Shown one piece after another: positions 9,673 to 19,677 of a DNA stretch of 64,000 nt. Every line of letters begins with the position of its first letter. The stretch's first letter is position 1. The notes under the pieces were generated by a model. It was not told the DNA's origin and made no database searches. It saw only the letters and a list, made by a program, of their open reading frames with translations. The stretch comes from Candidatus Latescibacterota bacterium (GTDB lineage: Bacteria; Latescibacterota; UBA2968; UBA8231): contig CBDCXV010000002.1 of assembly GCA_965223905.1 (NCBI GenBank), forward strand, positions 576,001 to 640,000, given 5' to 3'. Made by a program: the position numbers and the translations under genes.

Positions 9673-11076
9673 ATGGAGAATAAAGCGAACGTCGTTTTCA
9701 TCCTGACGGACGACCAGGGACCCTGGGCCGCCGGTTGCTGCGGCAACGACGAGATACGTACCCCCTTCCTCGACCGGTTGGCCTCGGAGGGGACCCGCTT
9801 CAGCAACTTCTTCTGCACGAGCCCGGTCTGCTCCCCGGCGCGGGCGAGCCTGATGACCGGACGCATCCCCTCGGCGCACGGGGTGCACGACTGGATCCGC
9901 GAGGGCAACATGCCGCCGGATCCCGCTCGCTACCTCGAAGGACTGACCTGCTATACCGATGTCCTGGCCGGCAACGGCTACACCGTCGGGCTCAGCGGCA
10001 AGTGGCACCTCGGGGACAGCATGACGCCGCAGCACGGCTTCAGTCACTGGTTCGCATTGCCCACCGGCGGCAGCCAGTACAACGACGCGGACATGATCCG
10101 GGACGGACAGGTCGAAACGCAGCCCGGGTACCTCACGGACATGATCACAAACGACGCGCTGGAATTCATCTCCGCGAACCGGGAAGGGCCGTTCTGCCTC
10201 AGCGTCAATTACAACGCGCCGCATACCCCGTTCACGGGGCACCCCCGGGAGATCGTCGACTCCTACGACGACTGTCCGTTCAGGACCTGTCCACAGGAGG
10301 CATTGCACCCGTGGGCGGTGCAGGCGGCGGCCGTTCACATGGGCAACCGCGAGTCGTTGAAAGGGTATTTCGCGGCGATAACGGCGCTCGACTTCAACGT
10401 CGGGCGGATCCTCGAACGGCTGGCGCAGCTCGGTATTCGCGACAACACGCTCGTCGTCTTCAGCAGCGACAACGGCTACTCGTGCGGACATCACGGGTTC
10501 TGGCACAAGGGAAACGGCACCTTCCCGCTGAACATGTACGAGAACTCCGTGAAGGTCCCCTTCATCGTCAGCCAGCCCGGCAGGATCCCCGCCGGACGGG
10601 TGAGCGAGGCGATGGTGAGCCAGTACGACTTCATGCCGACCCTGCTCGACTACCTCGGGTTGCCCGATCCGAACGACGACATGTCCCCCGGCAGGAGCTT
10701 TCTCCCGGCGCTTTCCGGAGAGACGAACGACGCCAAGGAGGAGATCGTCGTCTTCGACGAGTACGGTCCCGTGCGCATGATCCGCACGCAGGAGTGGAAA
10801 TACGTCCACCGGTATCCGTACGGTCCGCACGAGCTCTACGACCTGGTGCACGACCCGGGGGAACGAAGAAACCTGGTGGACGACAAGTCCCGGAAGGCGC
10901 TGATATCCGACATGCGCCAACAGATGAGCGCTTGGTTCAACCGCTACGTCATGCCGGGACTGGATGGCGCGGGATTCCCGGTTACCGGCGGCGGGCAGGC
11001 AGCGAAGATCGGGGAGGGGCAATGCGGCGAAGGTGCGTTCTTTCCCAGGTACGATGCCCCGCGGCGGGATGTTTGA
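9673..11076 (+). CDS. Formylglycine-dependent sulfatase
   Basis: DDQG, CSPARASLMTG, GKWHLG, SDNG; RBS GGAGG. Confidence 0.95.
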   Translation: MENKANVVFILTDDQGPWAAGCCGNDEIRTPFLDRLASEGTRFSNFFCTSPVCSPARASLMTGRIPSAHGVHDWIREGNMPPDPARYLEGLTCYTDVLAGNGYTVGLSGKWHLGDSMTPQHGFSHWFALPTGGSQYNDADMIRDGQVETQPGYLTDMITNDALEFISANREGPFCLSVNYNAPHTPFTGHPREIVDSYDDCPFRTCPQEALHPWAVQAAAVHMGNRESLKGYFAAITALDFNVGRILERLAQLGIRDNTLVVFSSDNGYSCGHHGFWHKGNGTFPLNMYENSVKVPFIVSQPGRIPAGRVSEAMVSQYDFMPTLLDYLGLPDPNDDMSPGRSFLPALSGETNDAKEEIVVFDEYGPVRMIRTQEWKYVHRYPYGPHELYDLVHDPGERRNLVDDKSRKALISDMRQQMSAWFNRYVMPGLDGAGFPVTGGGQAAKIGEGQCGEGAFFPRYDAPRRDV

Positions 11077-11174
11077 TTCAGCCGTTGGAACAGTCCATCC
11101 GGGCTGCGGCCGGGCCTTGCGGCCGCGAACCCTTTGGGGGGAGGCCGCCCCGGACGAGTTGCCAGACGGCGACC

Positions 11175-12740
11175 CTACCGAAGCAGCGTCATGAATTGAG
11201 CCAGGGACTTCTCGGCCAGCCGCAACCGGGCCAGGTACACCCCGCTGGCCACCTCCCGGCCACGATCGTCGCGGCCGTCCCAGGAGACGGCGAAAACCCC
11301 CTCGGGATAGACGCCCTCCGCCAGCGTCGTCACCCGTTGACCGGTGAGGTTGTGGACGCGCAGCGACACCGGCTGACGGCGGTCCAGCTCGAAGCCGATG
11401 GTGGTGCGCGCATTGAACGGGTTGGGATAGCTGTCGAACAGACGAGATTGACCCGGAGCCCCGGAGCTGCCGGGCTCATCCTCTACCGAGGTCGGCCCCT
11501 GGGGCAGGCGCCAGCGGCCCAGCCGCCTACCGGCTGTCCACAGCACCTCCCCGTCGTAGTACAGCTTCTGAGCTGCCTGATCGACCGGGCTGCCGAAGAC
11601 ATCCGGATTCGAGCCGATGGGCGTGCGGTAGAATTGGCCGGACTCGAACACGCCGATCCAATCTCCATCTCCCTCAATCCAGATACGACCGGCGCGCTCT
11701 GCGGCCATCGAGCGTCCCATCCGGGTCCCTCCTCCTCCCGTCAAGACATACTCGTACGACATCCACCCGCTGGCAGTCTTGTATGCCAGGAGATATGAAC
11801 TGGAAATCCACAGCGTGCCACCCGGATCGACCACCATTCCCACTGTGCGTTCCGCGTGGCTTTTCAGCGAGATCTCGTACCCGCGCCACTCGCGGCCGTC
11901 ATACGAAACCAGGGCGTAAGCGACAAACCAATCCGGAGTATCGACTAAATCGGGATTGGGAAAATCATAGACGGGGTGGCCCCACACCGTGCCGGTGCTG
12001 TCCACCGCCATCGCGTCGATCCACGAAAAGCTGGGCAACCCGTCGGTACCCGAGAACAGCCGCCACTCTCGCCCGTCGAAGCGCAGGAACAGGGCCGGAT
12101 TCGCCTCCCTTCCGACTACACTGTACCCCCCCATCCACACCGTGTCTCCACTCCCCGCCGCGAAGGTGGACAAACTCCCGACTCCGAGATCCCGGAAGCC
12201 GCTGTACTCCGTCAGCGTATTACCCGATATGCGGTACACGTCGCTGCGATTCCCTATCACCCAGATTTTGCCCTGCGCGTCCCGGCCGAGCTCCTGGGCA
12301 CCATAAGTCGAAGAGACGCGCTGCCAAGAAGTGCTGTCGGAGAATACATACAGCCCATGTGGCTCCCTGGCCGTCGCCCATATCCGTCCCAGGGAGTCCT
12401 TGGTGACGTGGCGGAAATTTTGGGGATACCCACTGGGTTCGGTGACCAGATCCGATACCGTGACCGTCGGGGTGATGACGGTTCCGGAACCGGTTCCGAT
12501 CCGTCGGCCGGAGTCCGTGACCGACCGCCCCGGCCCTATGTCAACGGTATCAAGCTCGGAGACCTTGCGCGTCTCGAAGGTCAGGGACGCGGTGCCGTCC
12601 GGCGAGCGCGGACCGGAGGGGTCTTCCACCAGCACCTCCAGGGTTCCCGAATTGTTTTGGGCGGCTGCCTTGAGCGGTGCCCCCAGTAGCAGCGTCAGGC
12701 CGATGCTTGGGATCACCGAGAGTCGTCGCAGTCGTCGCAT
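11175..12740 (-). CDS. Secreted beta-propeller (two-component-regulator-propeller-like) protein with FlgD-Ig tail
   Basis: Signal peptide; D..G..W repeats; TSV..YPNPFN...WDGRDDRGREVASGVY. Confidence 0.85.
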   Translation of the reverse strand: MRRLRRLSVIPSIGLTLLLGAPLKAAAQNNSGTLEVLVEDPSGPRSPDGTASLTFETRKVSELDTVDIGPGRSVTDSGRRIGTGSGTVITPTVTVSDLVTEPSGYPQNFRHVTKDSLGRIWATAREPHGLYVFSDSTSWQRVSSTYGAQELGRDAQGKIWVIGNRSDVYRISGNTLTEYSGFRDLGVGSLSTFAAGSGDTVWMGGYSVVGREANPALFLRFDGREWRLFSGTDGLPSFSWIDAMAVDSTGTVWGHPVYDFPNPDLVDTPDWFVAYALVSYDGREWRGYEISLKSHAERTVGMVVDPGGTLWISSSYLLAYKTASGWMSYEYVLTGGGGTRMGRSMAAERAGRIWIEGDGDWIGVFESGQFYRTPIGSNPDVFGSPVDQAAQKLYYDGEVLWTAGRRLGRWRLPQGPTSVEDEPGSSGAPGQSRLFDSYPNPFNARTTIGFELDRRQPVSLRVHNLTGQRVTTLAEGVYPEGVFAVSWDGRDDRGREVASGVYLARLRLAEKSLAQFMTLLR

Positions 12741-13298
12741 ATCGATCTCCTTTTTTCAGAAGGCTTCTGGCCTTATACCCGGCGTGCTGACCAGCAGGTT
12801 GTTCAGGTTGGCGGCATCGGTTGTCCTGAAGAACCGATCCTAATTTGGACTCCTCTTAACCGCCCCCCGCCCGACCAGCCGGCCGGCTGGTACACACCGA
12901 TGACGAACCGGCCGATGGGGGACCCCAGGCCTGTGGACCCCATTCTTTGGACAGCCGAACAGAAGGGATATTTTGGACTCATTGGGTGACCAGAAACTAC
13001 ATGCCGATGCAAACAAACTGATGGTTAAAGGGAATTTCTCCTCCACCCGCCCAATAGTAGGAGGAGCGCGAGAGGGCGACGGCGAACAATCGGGAGGCCG
13101 GGATGATCCGGATCGATCATCGCCACCCTACGGTCGCGGCTCAACGACCGAAGGGGCATGACAAATCGGATTCAGGTAACGCTTGGCAGCGAGTTCGGCC
13201 AATCCTCTGATCGCCGACCGGGCCTCCAAGGCGACTTTGGCCTTGATCTTCGGATAAGTGGCCGGCCTTACCGGCGGGCGGCCAAGGGATAACCCACA

Positions 13299-13466
13299 AT
13301 GAAGATCCTCGTCCCGGGCGGCAGCGGCACGATCGGCGGTTACGTGCTGAGAGAGTTGATAGGGGCGGGCCATGCCGTGTCCTGCTTCAGCCGCACCGCG
13401 CCGCGGGTGGACGGGGCACAGTTCGTGCAGGGGGACATAACCGACCCTGACCAGCGTCCGACCTGA
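13299..13466 (+). pseudogene. Truncated NAD-dependent epimerase/SDR (55-codon N-terminus only)
   Basis: MKILVPGGSGTIGGYVLRELIGAGH...VQGDITD then stop. Confidence 0.75.
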
Positions 13467-13637
13467 GCGAACGGCGATTTCGGGCCCCGGCGCTCCCCCT
13501 CGACGAGGAACATCCCGCATGCGGACGATCTGCCGAGCCTCGTCCTCGGCGGCAACCTTGCCCGCATGTTGGAAACCGGCAGGCGGTGCCAGGTTCGACC
13601 CGGTAAACGGCGGAAATCAAAAAAACAGGAAAGCCTG

Positions 13638-15083
13638 ATGACGGCTGAACGCCCGAATATCGTGCTGATCATGTGCGATCAGATGCGCTGGGACGCGGCC
13701 GGGTTCGCCGGCAGCCCCACGGTCCGGACCCCCAACCTCGACCGGCTGGCCGCGAGCGGCGTCTGCTTCGAGAACGCCTACTGCGCCTCTCCGGTCTGTT
13801 CTCCCGCGCGGGCGAGTTGGTTGACCGGCCTCTATTCGCACGCCCACCTGCAGCTGCGGAACTACGGCCCCGGCAGGAAGGGGGAGTTCGGTGCCTCCCT
13901 GCCGGAGGACTGCATTACCATTGGCGATGTGCTCAAGGAGGCGGGATACCGCTGCGGCATCGTCGGACCGTGGCACCTGGGGGACGATCACCGCCCGCAG
14001 CACGGCTTCACCGACTTCTGGTGTACCTATCGCTACCTGGGCGAGCACCCGGATCCGCTGTTCGGCTATTTCGAACGGGAAGGGGTGCCCAACCTGTATC
14101 TCTCAGACGCGCCGGGTATGACTCTGTACGAGAACACCCTCGAGTTCGGCACCATCGAGGACCCCCGGCAGCAGCGCACGACCTGGACCGTCGACCGGTC
14201 TCTCGAGTTCATCGGGCAGAAAGGGGATGCCCCGTTCTTCCTGTTTGCGAGCGTAAAGGATCCGCATCCCCGAATCCTGGTACCGCCCGAGCTGCTGGTG
14301 AGCTACCCCGAAGAACGGATGCCGCTGTCCGCATCCCTGCGGGATCCGCTCGAGGGCAAGCCGGGCTTTCAGGCGCGGGGGAAGTTCCGCATTCACCCCT
14401 CGGTAACCGACGCGGAATTCCGCCGCATGACGGCCTTCTACTTCGCCCTCGTCACCCACATCGACACCCAGGTCGGGCGCCTCCTCCAAGCTCTCGAGGA
14501 ACGGGATCTTTTGAGCAATACAATCGTCACCTTCATAAGCGACCACGGTGAACTGCTGGGCGATCATGGCTACGTCGAGAAATGCCTGATGTATGAAGCG
14601 TCGGTTCGGGTTCCCTGCCTGATCTCATGGCCCCGGCAGTTGCCTGCCGGGTTCCGGGTTGCGGCGCCGCTGGCCGGGGTCGACCTGATGCCGACGTTGC
14701 TCGACCTCGCACATGAAACCCCGCCGGCCCCGGTCGACGGACGTTCCGTGGCCGAGGCCATCCTGAACCGGCGGGAGCCCGACCGCCAGCCCGTCTTCGC
14801 CGAGATCGCCAGCCTCGACGCGATTTACCACAACGCCCAAGACCCGGAGCAGCTCGCCGCCCACGCGATGGTCCGCGACGGCAACTGGAAGTATGTCCGC
14901 AACCGCTTCGATATCGACGAACTCTACGACCTCGACGCCGACCCGGGCGAGATGAACAACCTCGCCGGCGATGCCGATTGCGCTAACCGGATCGCTTCGA
15001 TGCGGGGGCAGATCGCCGGGATGATCCGCCGCACCGGGCCCGGCCCGTACGAATGGTGTTTACACGAAAGGGAGAAGGAGTGA
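13638..15083 (+). CDS. Sulfatase-family hydrolase
   Basis: PNIVLIMCDQ, CSPARAS, SDHG, ELYDL..DP.E; GKWH is replaced by GPWH. Confidence 0.93.
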   Translation: MTAERPNIVLIMCDQMRWDAAGFAGSPTVRTPNLDRLAASGVCFENAYCASPVCSPARASWLTGLYSHAHLQLRNYGPGRKGEFGASLPEDCITIGDVLKEAGYRCGIVGPWHLGDDHRPQHGFTDFWCTYRYLGEHPDPLFGYFEREGVPNLYLSDAPGMTLYENTLEFGTIEDPRQQRTTWTVDRSLEFIGQKGDAPFFLFASVKDPHPRILVPPELLVSYPEERMPLSASLRDPLEGKPGFQARGKFRIHPSVTDAEFRRMTAFYFALVTHIDTQVGRLLQALEERDLLSNTIVTFISDHGELLGDHGYVEKCLMYEASVRVPCLISWPRQLPAGFRVAAPLAGVDLMPTLLDLAHETPPAPVDGRSVAEAILNRREPDRQPVFAEIASLDAIYHNAQDPEQLAAHAMVRDGNWKYVRNRFDIDELYDLDADPGEMNNLAGDADCANRIASMRGQIAGMIRRTGPGPYEWCLHEREKE

Positions 15084-15290
15084 TCAGGTGAGGGCCAATA
15101 CCTTGATAACCGTTTCCGCCGGGGCGGAGTCTGTTCCGGGGCTGCAGGAGGCCTTGGGTCGGATGGACGTCGAGTAGAATGATCTCCCCGGCTGTCCGGC
15201 AAAGGACCACCACAGGGCGGACAGGGCAGGGAGTCCCGCGTTTCAGACTTTTTAAAAACCGGGCTTGCATAACTCCAGGAGGGACAGGGA

Positions 15291-16268
15291 ATGCATACTC
15301 ACAACCTTCATGTCTGGCGCCACAGCCATACCTTCGGACAGGACCTGAAACGCCCGGGGGAGCGCAGGACGCTGATCGTCATTGCCGTCACCGGCACGAT
15401 GATGGCTGTCGAGATCGTCGCCGGAGTCCTTACGGGATCCATGGCCTTGCTGGCCGACGGCCTGCACATGGGGTCGCATGCCGCGGCCCTGGGGATCGCC
15501 GCGCTGGCCTACATCTATGCCCGGCGCCACGCCCACGACGAGGATTTCACCTTGGGCACAGGCAAGGTCAACGCCCTGGGAGGGTTCACGGGCGCGGTCC
15601 TGCTGGCCCTGTTCGCGCTGCTGATGGCGTGGGAGAGCTGCGACCGTCTCCTGAACCCGGTGGACATCATCGTCGATCAAGCCCTGCTCGTGGCCGTTCT
15701 CGGGTTGCTCGTGAACGGAGCCAGCGTCTTCATCCTGCGGGTGGACGACCACCAGGGGGTGGGCGCCCACCAGGGTCATCACGATCACGACTCCGGTCAC
15801 GCGCATCACCACGATCACAACCTGAAGTCGGCCTACCTGCACGTGCTGGCGGACGCGCTCACCTCGCTTCTGGCGATCGTCGCCCTGCTTTCCGCCAAGT
15901 ATTTCGGGTTTGCGTGGATGGACCCGGCGGTGGGGATCGTCGGCGCCGTCCTCGTGGCCAGCTGGTCCATCGGCCTGCTGCGGACCACCAGCGGAACCCT
16001 CCTCGACAGGCAGGGTCCGGAATCGATCCGCGACAGGATCACCGACAGCATCGAGCAGGACGGCGACAGCAAGGTCACCGACCTCCATCTGTGGTCCATC
16101 GGTCCGGATATCTATTCGGCGCTGATCGCCGTCGTGGCTCACCGTCCCGCCATGCCGGGGCAGTACAAGGAGCGCATTCCCGGGAACCTCGGCCTCGTGC
16201 ACGTAGCGGTCGAGGTTCATACCTGCCCGGGAGGCGCGTCGGATATAGGAAGGGGATTCCGCGGATGA
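15291..16268 (+). CDS. CDF family Co/Ni/Zn efflux transporter (DmeF-like)
   Basis: SMALLADGLHMGSH, His-rich loop, NLKSAYLHVLADALTS, DLHLW. Confidence 0.9.
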   Translation: MHTHNLHVWRHSHTFGQDLKRPGERRTLIVIAVTGTMMAVEIVAGVLTGSMALLADGLHMGSHAAALGIAALAYIYARRHAHDEDFTLGTGKVNALGGFTGAVLLALFALLMAWESCDRLLNPVDIIVDQALLVAVLGLLVNGASVFILRVDDHQGVGAHQGHHDHDSGHAHHHDHNLKSAYLHVLADALTSLLAIVALLSAKYFGFAWMDPAVGIVGAVLVASWSIGLLRTTSGTLLDRQGPESIRDRITDSIEQDGDSKVTDLHLWSIGPDIYSALIAVVAHRPAMPGQYKERIPGNLGLVHVAVEVHTCPGGASDIGRGFRG

Positions 16269-16324
16269 CCGGACGGGAATTGGAGCCGCAGGGCTAGTCG
16301 CCGGGCGAGCGTTTCGCGCAACGG

Positions 16325-17959
16325 ATGGCCCGTTTGCTGCAGCCGGAAGGCATGAAGACGGAGAGCTACCAGTGCGGGATCGAGCCGGTGGACGGGAACC
16401 AGGCCTGGGAGCTCTTCTGCGCCAGCGGCGCCGGAGATCTGGAGCGGGTCCGCGCCTTGCTCGACAGCGACCCCCGGTTGGTCAACGCCCAGTACTGGTA
16501 CCAGTTTCCCATCCACATGGCGGTGCGCGAGAACCATGCCGAGGTGGTCGAGCTGCTGCTGCGGGCCGGGGCGGATCCGGGGCAGTCGCGCTATACCTAC
16601 AACTCGTGGGACAAGCTGCTGGCCATCGCCGAGGAGCGCGGCTACAGGGAGGTGCAGGCGCTGCTGGCGTCGGCGATGCGCGGGCGCTTCGGCTACGATC
16701 CGGGGTTTACAGCGATGGCCGAGGCGATCAAGGGCCGCGACCGCGCCCGGGTCGAAGCGGTGCTGGCCGGGCATCCAGGTTTCATTCGCGCCGCCGACGC
16801 GCTGGGCAACGGGCCGCTGCATTGGGCGGCGCTGACGCGGCAGAACGACCTGGTGGATCTCTTTGTCGCCCGGGGCACCGACCTGGAAGCCCGCCGCGCC
16901 GACGGCCAGACTCCGTTGCTGGTCTCGCTGAACGGCGACTACTGGTACCGGACGCGCAACCTGCCGGCTGAAGCGCCGCAAGACTCGTGGACGGTCACCC
17001 GCCACCTGCTCGCATGCGGCGCCGAGTACGCTCTCAGCATCGCCTGCGCTGCCGGCGACGAAGACCGCGTCGATGCGGTGCTGGCGGCCGATCCCGCCCA
17101 GGCCCGCGACCTCGATGACGGAAGGCGAAGTCCGCTCTCCTACGCCGCCCGCAACGGCCATACCCGGATCGTCGAAAAACTGCTTGACCTGGGGGCCGAT
17201 CCCAACCGGCCAGAGGAACTGGCGCCGCGCGGCGGGGCACTGTTCGGCGCTTCCGCGGGAAACCACCTGAAGACGGGGAAACTGCTGCTCGAACGCGGCG
17301 CCGATCCCAACGCCGGAGTGGACTCTTCCGGCACCTGCCTGACCATCGTCGAGTACAACCACGGAGAGAAGGGCGGTCCGATGCAGGCCCTGCTGCGCGA
17401 GCACGGAGCGGTGACGCCCCCCTATGCCATGGACGACGCGGCGCTGGAACGGGCCATGCGCGCAGGGGAGGAGGGGGTTTCGGACCCGCAACTGCTGCAC
17501 GAGGTGATGGGACGGGACAATCCCGCGCTCATCGGCCTCTTCCTCGACACCACGCCAAATGCGGGAGAGCTGTTCCAACTGACCGACATCTGGGGCGGCA
17601 ACTACCCGTCCGACCCCGGTACGATCCGCGCCCTGGCCGATCGCGGCGTCGACATGCGGCGCGCCAACTGGATCGGCCGCACCTTCCTGCACGGCTGCGC
17701 GGAAAAGGGGGACGTCGCCGCGGCCCGGGTCTTTCTGGAGCTGGGAGCCGATATCGAGGCGGTCGAGCTCGAATACGGGGGCACGCCCCTGGCCGCTGCC
17801 GCGCGCAAGGGGCAGGCGGAGATGGTGCGGTTTCTTTTGAACCAGGGCGCCGATCCGACGGCCCCGGCGCAGTCGCCCTGGGCGCAGCCGCTCCATTGGG
17901 CGGAGAAGGAGGGGCACGGGGAAGTGGCGGCGCTGCTCAGGGAGCGGCTGAGCGGGTAA
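16325..17959 (+). CDS. Ankyrin-repeat protein
   Basis: Many TPL/PLH..A...G repeats; no signal peptide. Confidence 0.9.
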   Translation: MARLLQPEGMKTESYQCGIEPVDGNQAWELFCASGAGDLERVRALLDSDPRLVNAQYWYQFPIHMAVRENHAEVVELLLRAGADPGQSRYTYNSWDKLLAIAEERGYREVQALLASAMRGRFGYDPGFTAMAEAIKGRDRARVEAVLAGHPGFIRAADALGNGPLHWAALTRQNDLVDLFVARGTDLEARRADGQTPLLVSLNGDYWYRTRNLPAEAPQDSWTVTRHLLACGAEYALSIACAAGDEDRVDAVLAADPAQARDLDDGRRSPLSYAARNGHTRIVEKLLDLGADPNRPEELAPRGGALFGASAGNHLKTGKLLLERGADPNAGVDSSGTCLTIVEYNHGEKGGPMQALLREHGAVTPPYAMDDAALERAMRAGEEGVSDPQLLHEVMGRDNPALIGLFLDTTPNAGELFQLTDIWGGNYPSDPGTIRALADRGVDMRRANWIGRTFLHGCAEKGDVAAARVFLELGADIEAVELEYGGTPLAAAARKGQAEMVRFLLNQGADPTAPAQSPWAQPLHWAEKEGHGEVAALLRERLSG

Positions 17960-18022
17960 GGTACTGGCGCTAGGCCGGCACTGGGCTTAGTCCTGTTGCA
18001 ACCACCTGAAAGGAGCAAACCC

Positions 18023-18904
18023 GTGATACCATTGGTCAGCACCCTCTGTCAAGGCCCGCTGGGCGTGGCCCAGCTGCCGCGTCTCTGGTGGAAGAACCGT
18101 CTACACCAGGCCGGTCAGCTCGACCCCGGCTACCCATTCTGCAGCGGCGGCCTCGACAAGTACGTCCTCGAGGTGCTGTGCCTCGACCGGGACCGCACCC
18201 TGCAATTCCTGTGGGACCAGCGCCCTTCCTACCTGCAGTTCGAGGAGTGGGTGACTGCCGAAGGCACCTGCGATCCCGCCCGCATCGCGCGCTGGAACAA
18301 GGCCCTGGTGCAGCGCCCCCACCACATCCCGGAAAAGATCGACGAGACCTATGGGGACATAGGCTGGTCGCAGGAGGAGACGACCGAGGTATCGGCGGTG
18401 CTGCTCAACTGCCTGCAGGACTGGCAGCTGTTCCACCGCCAGGTCTTCGCTCCCGGCGCCGAGGGTCTGCCAGGGCCCGTTGCCCCGACCCTCAGCAGCA
18501 TCGACCGGGGGCCCCTGGGGATCTGCCAGCTTCCCCGCACCTGGCTCAAGACCTGTCTGCGCGCCAGGGGCCTGCTGCATCCCGACTATCCCGACTGCGC
18601 CGAGGGCAGCCTCGACCAGCGCTGCCTGCGGACCCTGCAGGTGGATGAGGACGCGGCCCTTGCGTTTCTCCGCGGGGAGATGCCGGCCTACCTCGCATTC
18701 GAGGACTGGGTCCGGCGGGAAGGTGTTGTCGAGGAAGGAGCTGTGGCGGCCTTCAACCGGCGCATGCTCGAGCGCGTGCACATCGAGGCCAAGCAGGCGG
18801 AAATCCACGCCACCTTGCAGCGGCCCCGGACGTGGACTTCAGGGGTGCTGCTCAACCACCTGGAGGACTGGCATTTCGCCCACCAGGGGTTGGAAGGGCT
18901 GTAG
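18023..18904 (+). CDS. Tandem DUF5069-like domain protein
   Basis: RBS AGGAG before GTG 18023; two copies of GPLG..QLPR.W.K...G.L.P.YP.C..G.LD...PxYL.FE.WV...L.DW..(F/A)H. Confidence 0.7.
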   Translation: MIPLVSTLCQGPLGVAQLPRLWWKNRLHQAGQLDPGYPFCSGGLDKYVLEVLCLDRDRTLQFLWDQRPSYLQFEEWVTAEGTCDPARIARWNKALVQRPHHIPEKIDETYGDIGWSQEETTEVSAVLLNCLQDWQLFHRQVFAPGAEGLPGPVAPTLSSIDRGPLGICQLPRTWLKTCLRARGLLHPDYPDCAEGSLDQRCLRTLQVDEDAALAFLRGEMPAYLAFEDWVRREGVVEEGAVAAFNRRMLERVHIEAKQAEIHATLQRPRTWTSGVLLNHLEDWHFAHQGLEGL

Positions 18905-19135
18905 TTTCTTCAACTTTTTCAAAGACACATCGTCGATCAAGGCACGGTAGATCCCGTCGGTCATTGCCCGGGCGAAACCGACGAGGCGGTCCCCTTCCCA
19001 GGCCCCCAGCGTGAGGGATGTTCCTTCCAGCATTCTCCGGACACCCTCGATGCTTCTCTGGTTCGCCCAGCCCGCCTGCCGGAGCAGGCCCATCAGCTGT
19101 TTCGGTTCGATCCTTCGGTCAAAAGAATAGCGCGA
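18905..19135 (-). pseudogene. GNAT acetyltransferase fragment
   Basis: LLRQAGWA...GAWEGDRLVGFARAMTDGIYRALIDDV, then breaks before motif A. Confidence 0.7.
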
Positions 19136-19348
19136 CAGATCCTTAGGTGTCTTCGTCGGTGATCGTCGGGTCGGTCGAGAGCCCATCTCCGGATCCCGTT
19201 GACGATCCCGGTTCTTTGGTCGAAGGAGATGCCTGAACGATCGTCGCGTCCATGATAGTACCCTCCCTGAGCAGCAAACCCCGGTACGAGGGTCGGGACT
19301 CCCAGTGCATCCAGGGGATCGAGCTGGTGATCTGCTATGTGTGAGGTG

Positions 19349-19597
19349 TGTTGCAAAATGCGACTCGTGTTCCAAATTGCAACACATTCCCCGTCCTGCT
19401 TCTTATTCTTTTCTATAACTTATTGATAAACAAACAGTTGCAGTTTCTTCTGCCACAGGGCATTCGGTCTTCGGAGCGATGTACGTGTCGCATTCTGCAA
19501 CGCTTCCCCAAATCTTGCAAGGAGACTCACATACGATATAACTCTCGCATTTGCAATAAGTTAGTCCGCTTTCTAACAGATTGGCACAGGATTTGCA
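19349..19597 (+). promoter_or_regulatory. Sigma54 promoter module, copy 1 (activator sites + IHF site + -24/-12)
   Basis: TGGCACAGGATTTGCA at 19582; TGTCGCA-N3-TGCGACA-like palindromes at 19349, 19368 and 19486; TATCAATAAGTTA on minus strand at 19416-19428. Confidence 0.8.
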
Positions 19598-19677
19598 GAC
19601 CGAGTCTTGATATGCAAGACTCTTCCCCCATCACTGCTGAACGATTGAGGAGAGGAAAGCACCATGGAAACGAAAAA

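Noticed and set aside
13020-13080. Cobalamin riboswitch start (GGTTAAAGGGAA)
   Set aside because: No following CCGGTG..AA.TCC or B12-box, and no relevant downstream gene
19348-19677. N-terminal extension of the 467-aa ORF and the similar ORF 21705-22259
   Set aside because: Their peptide similarity comes from the duplicated non-coding sigma54 module
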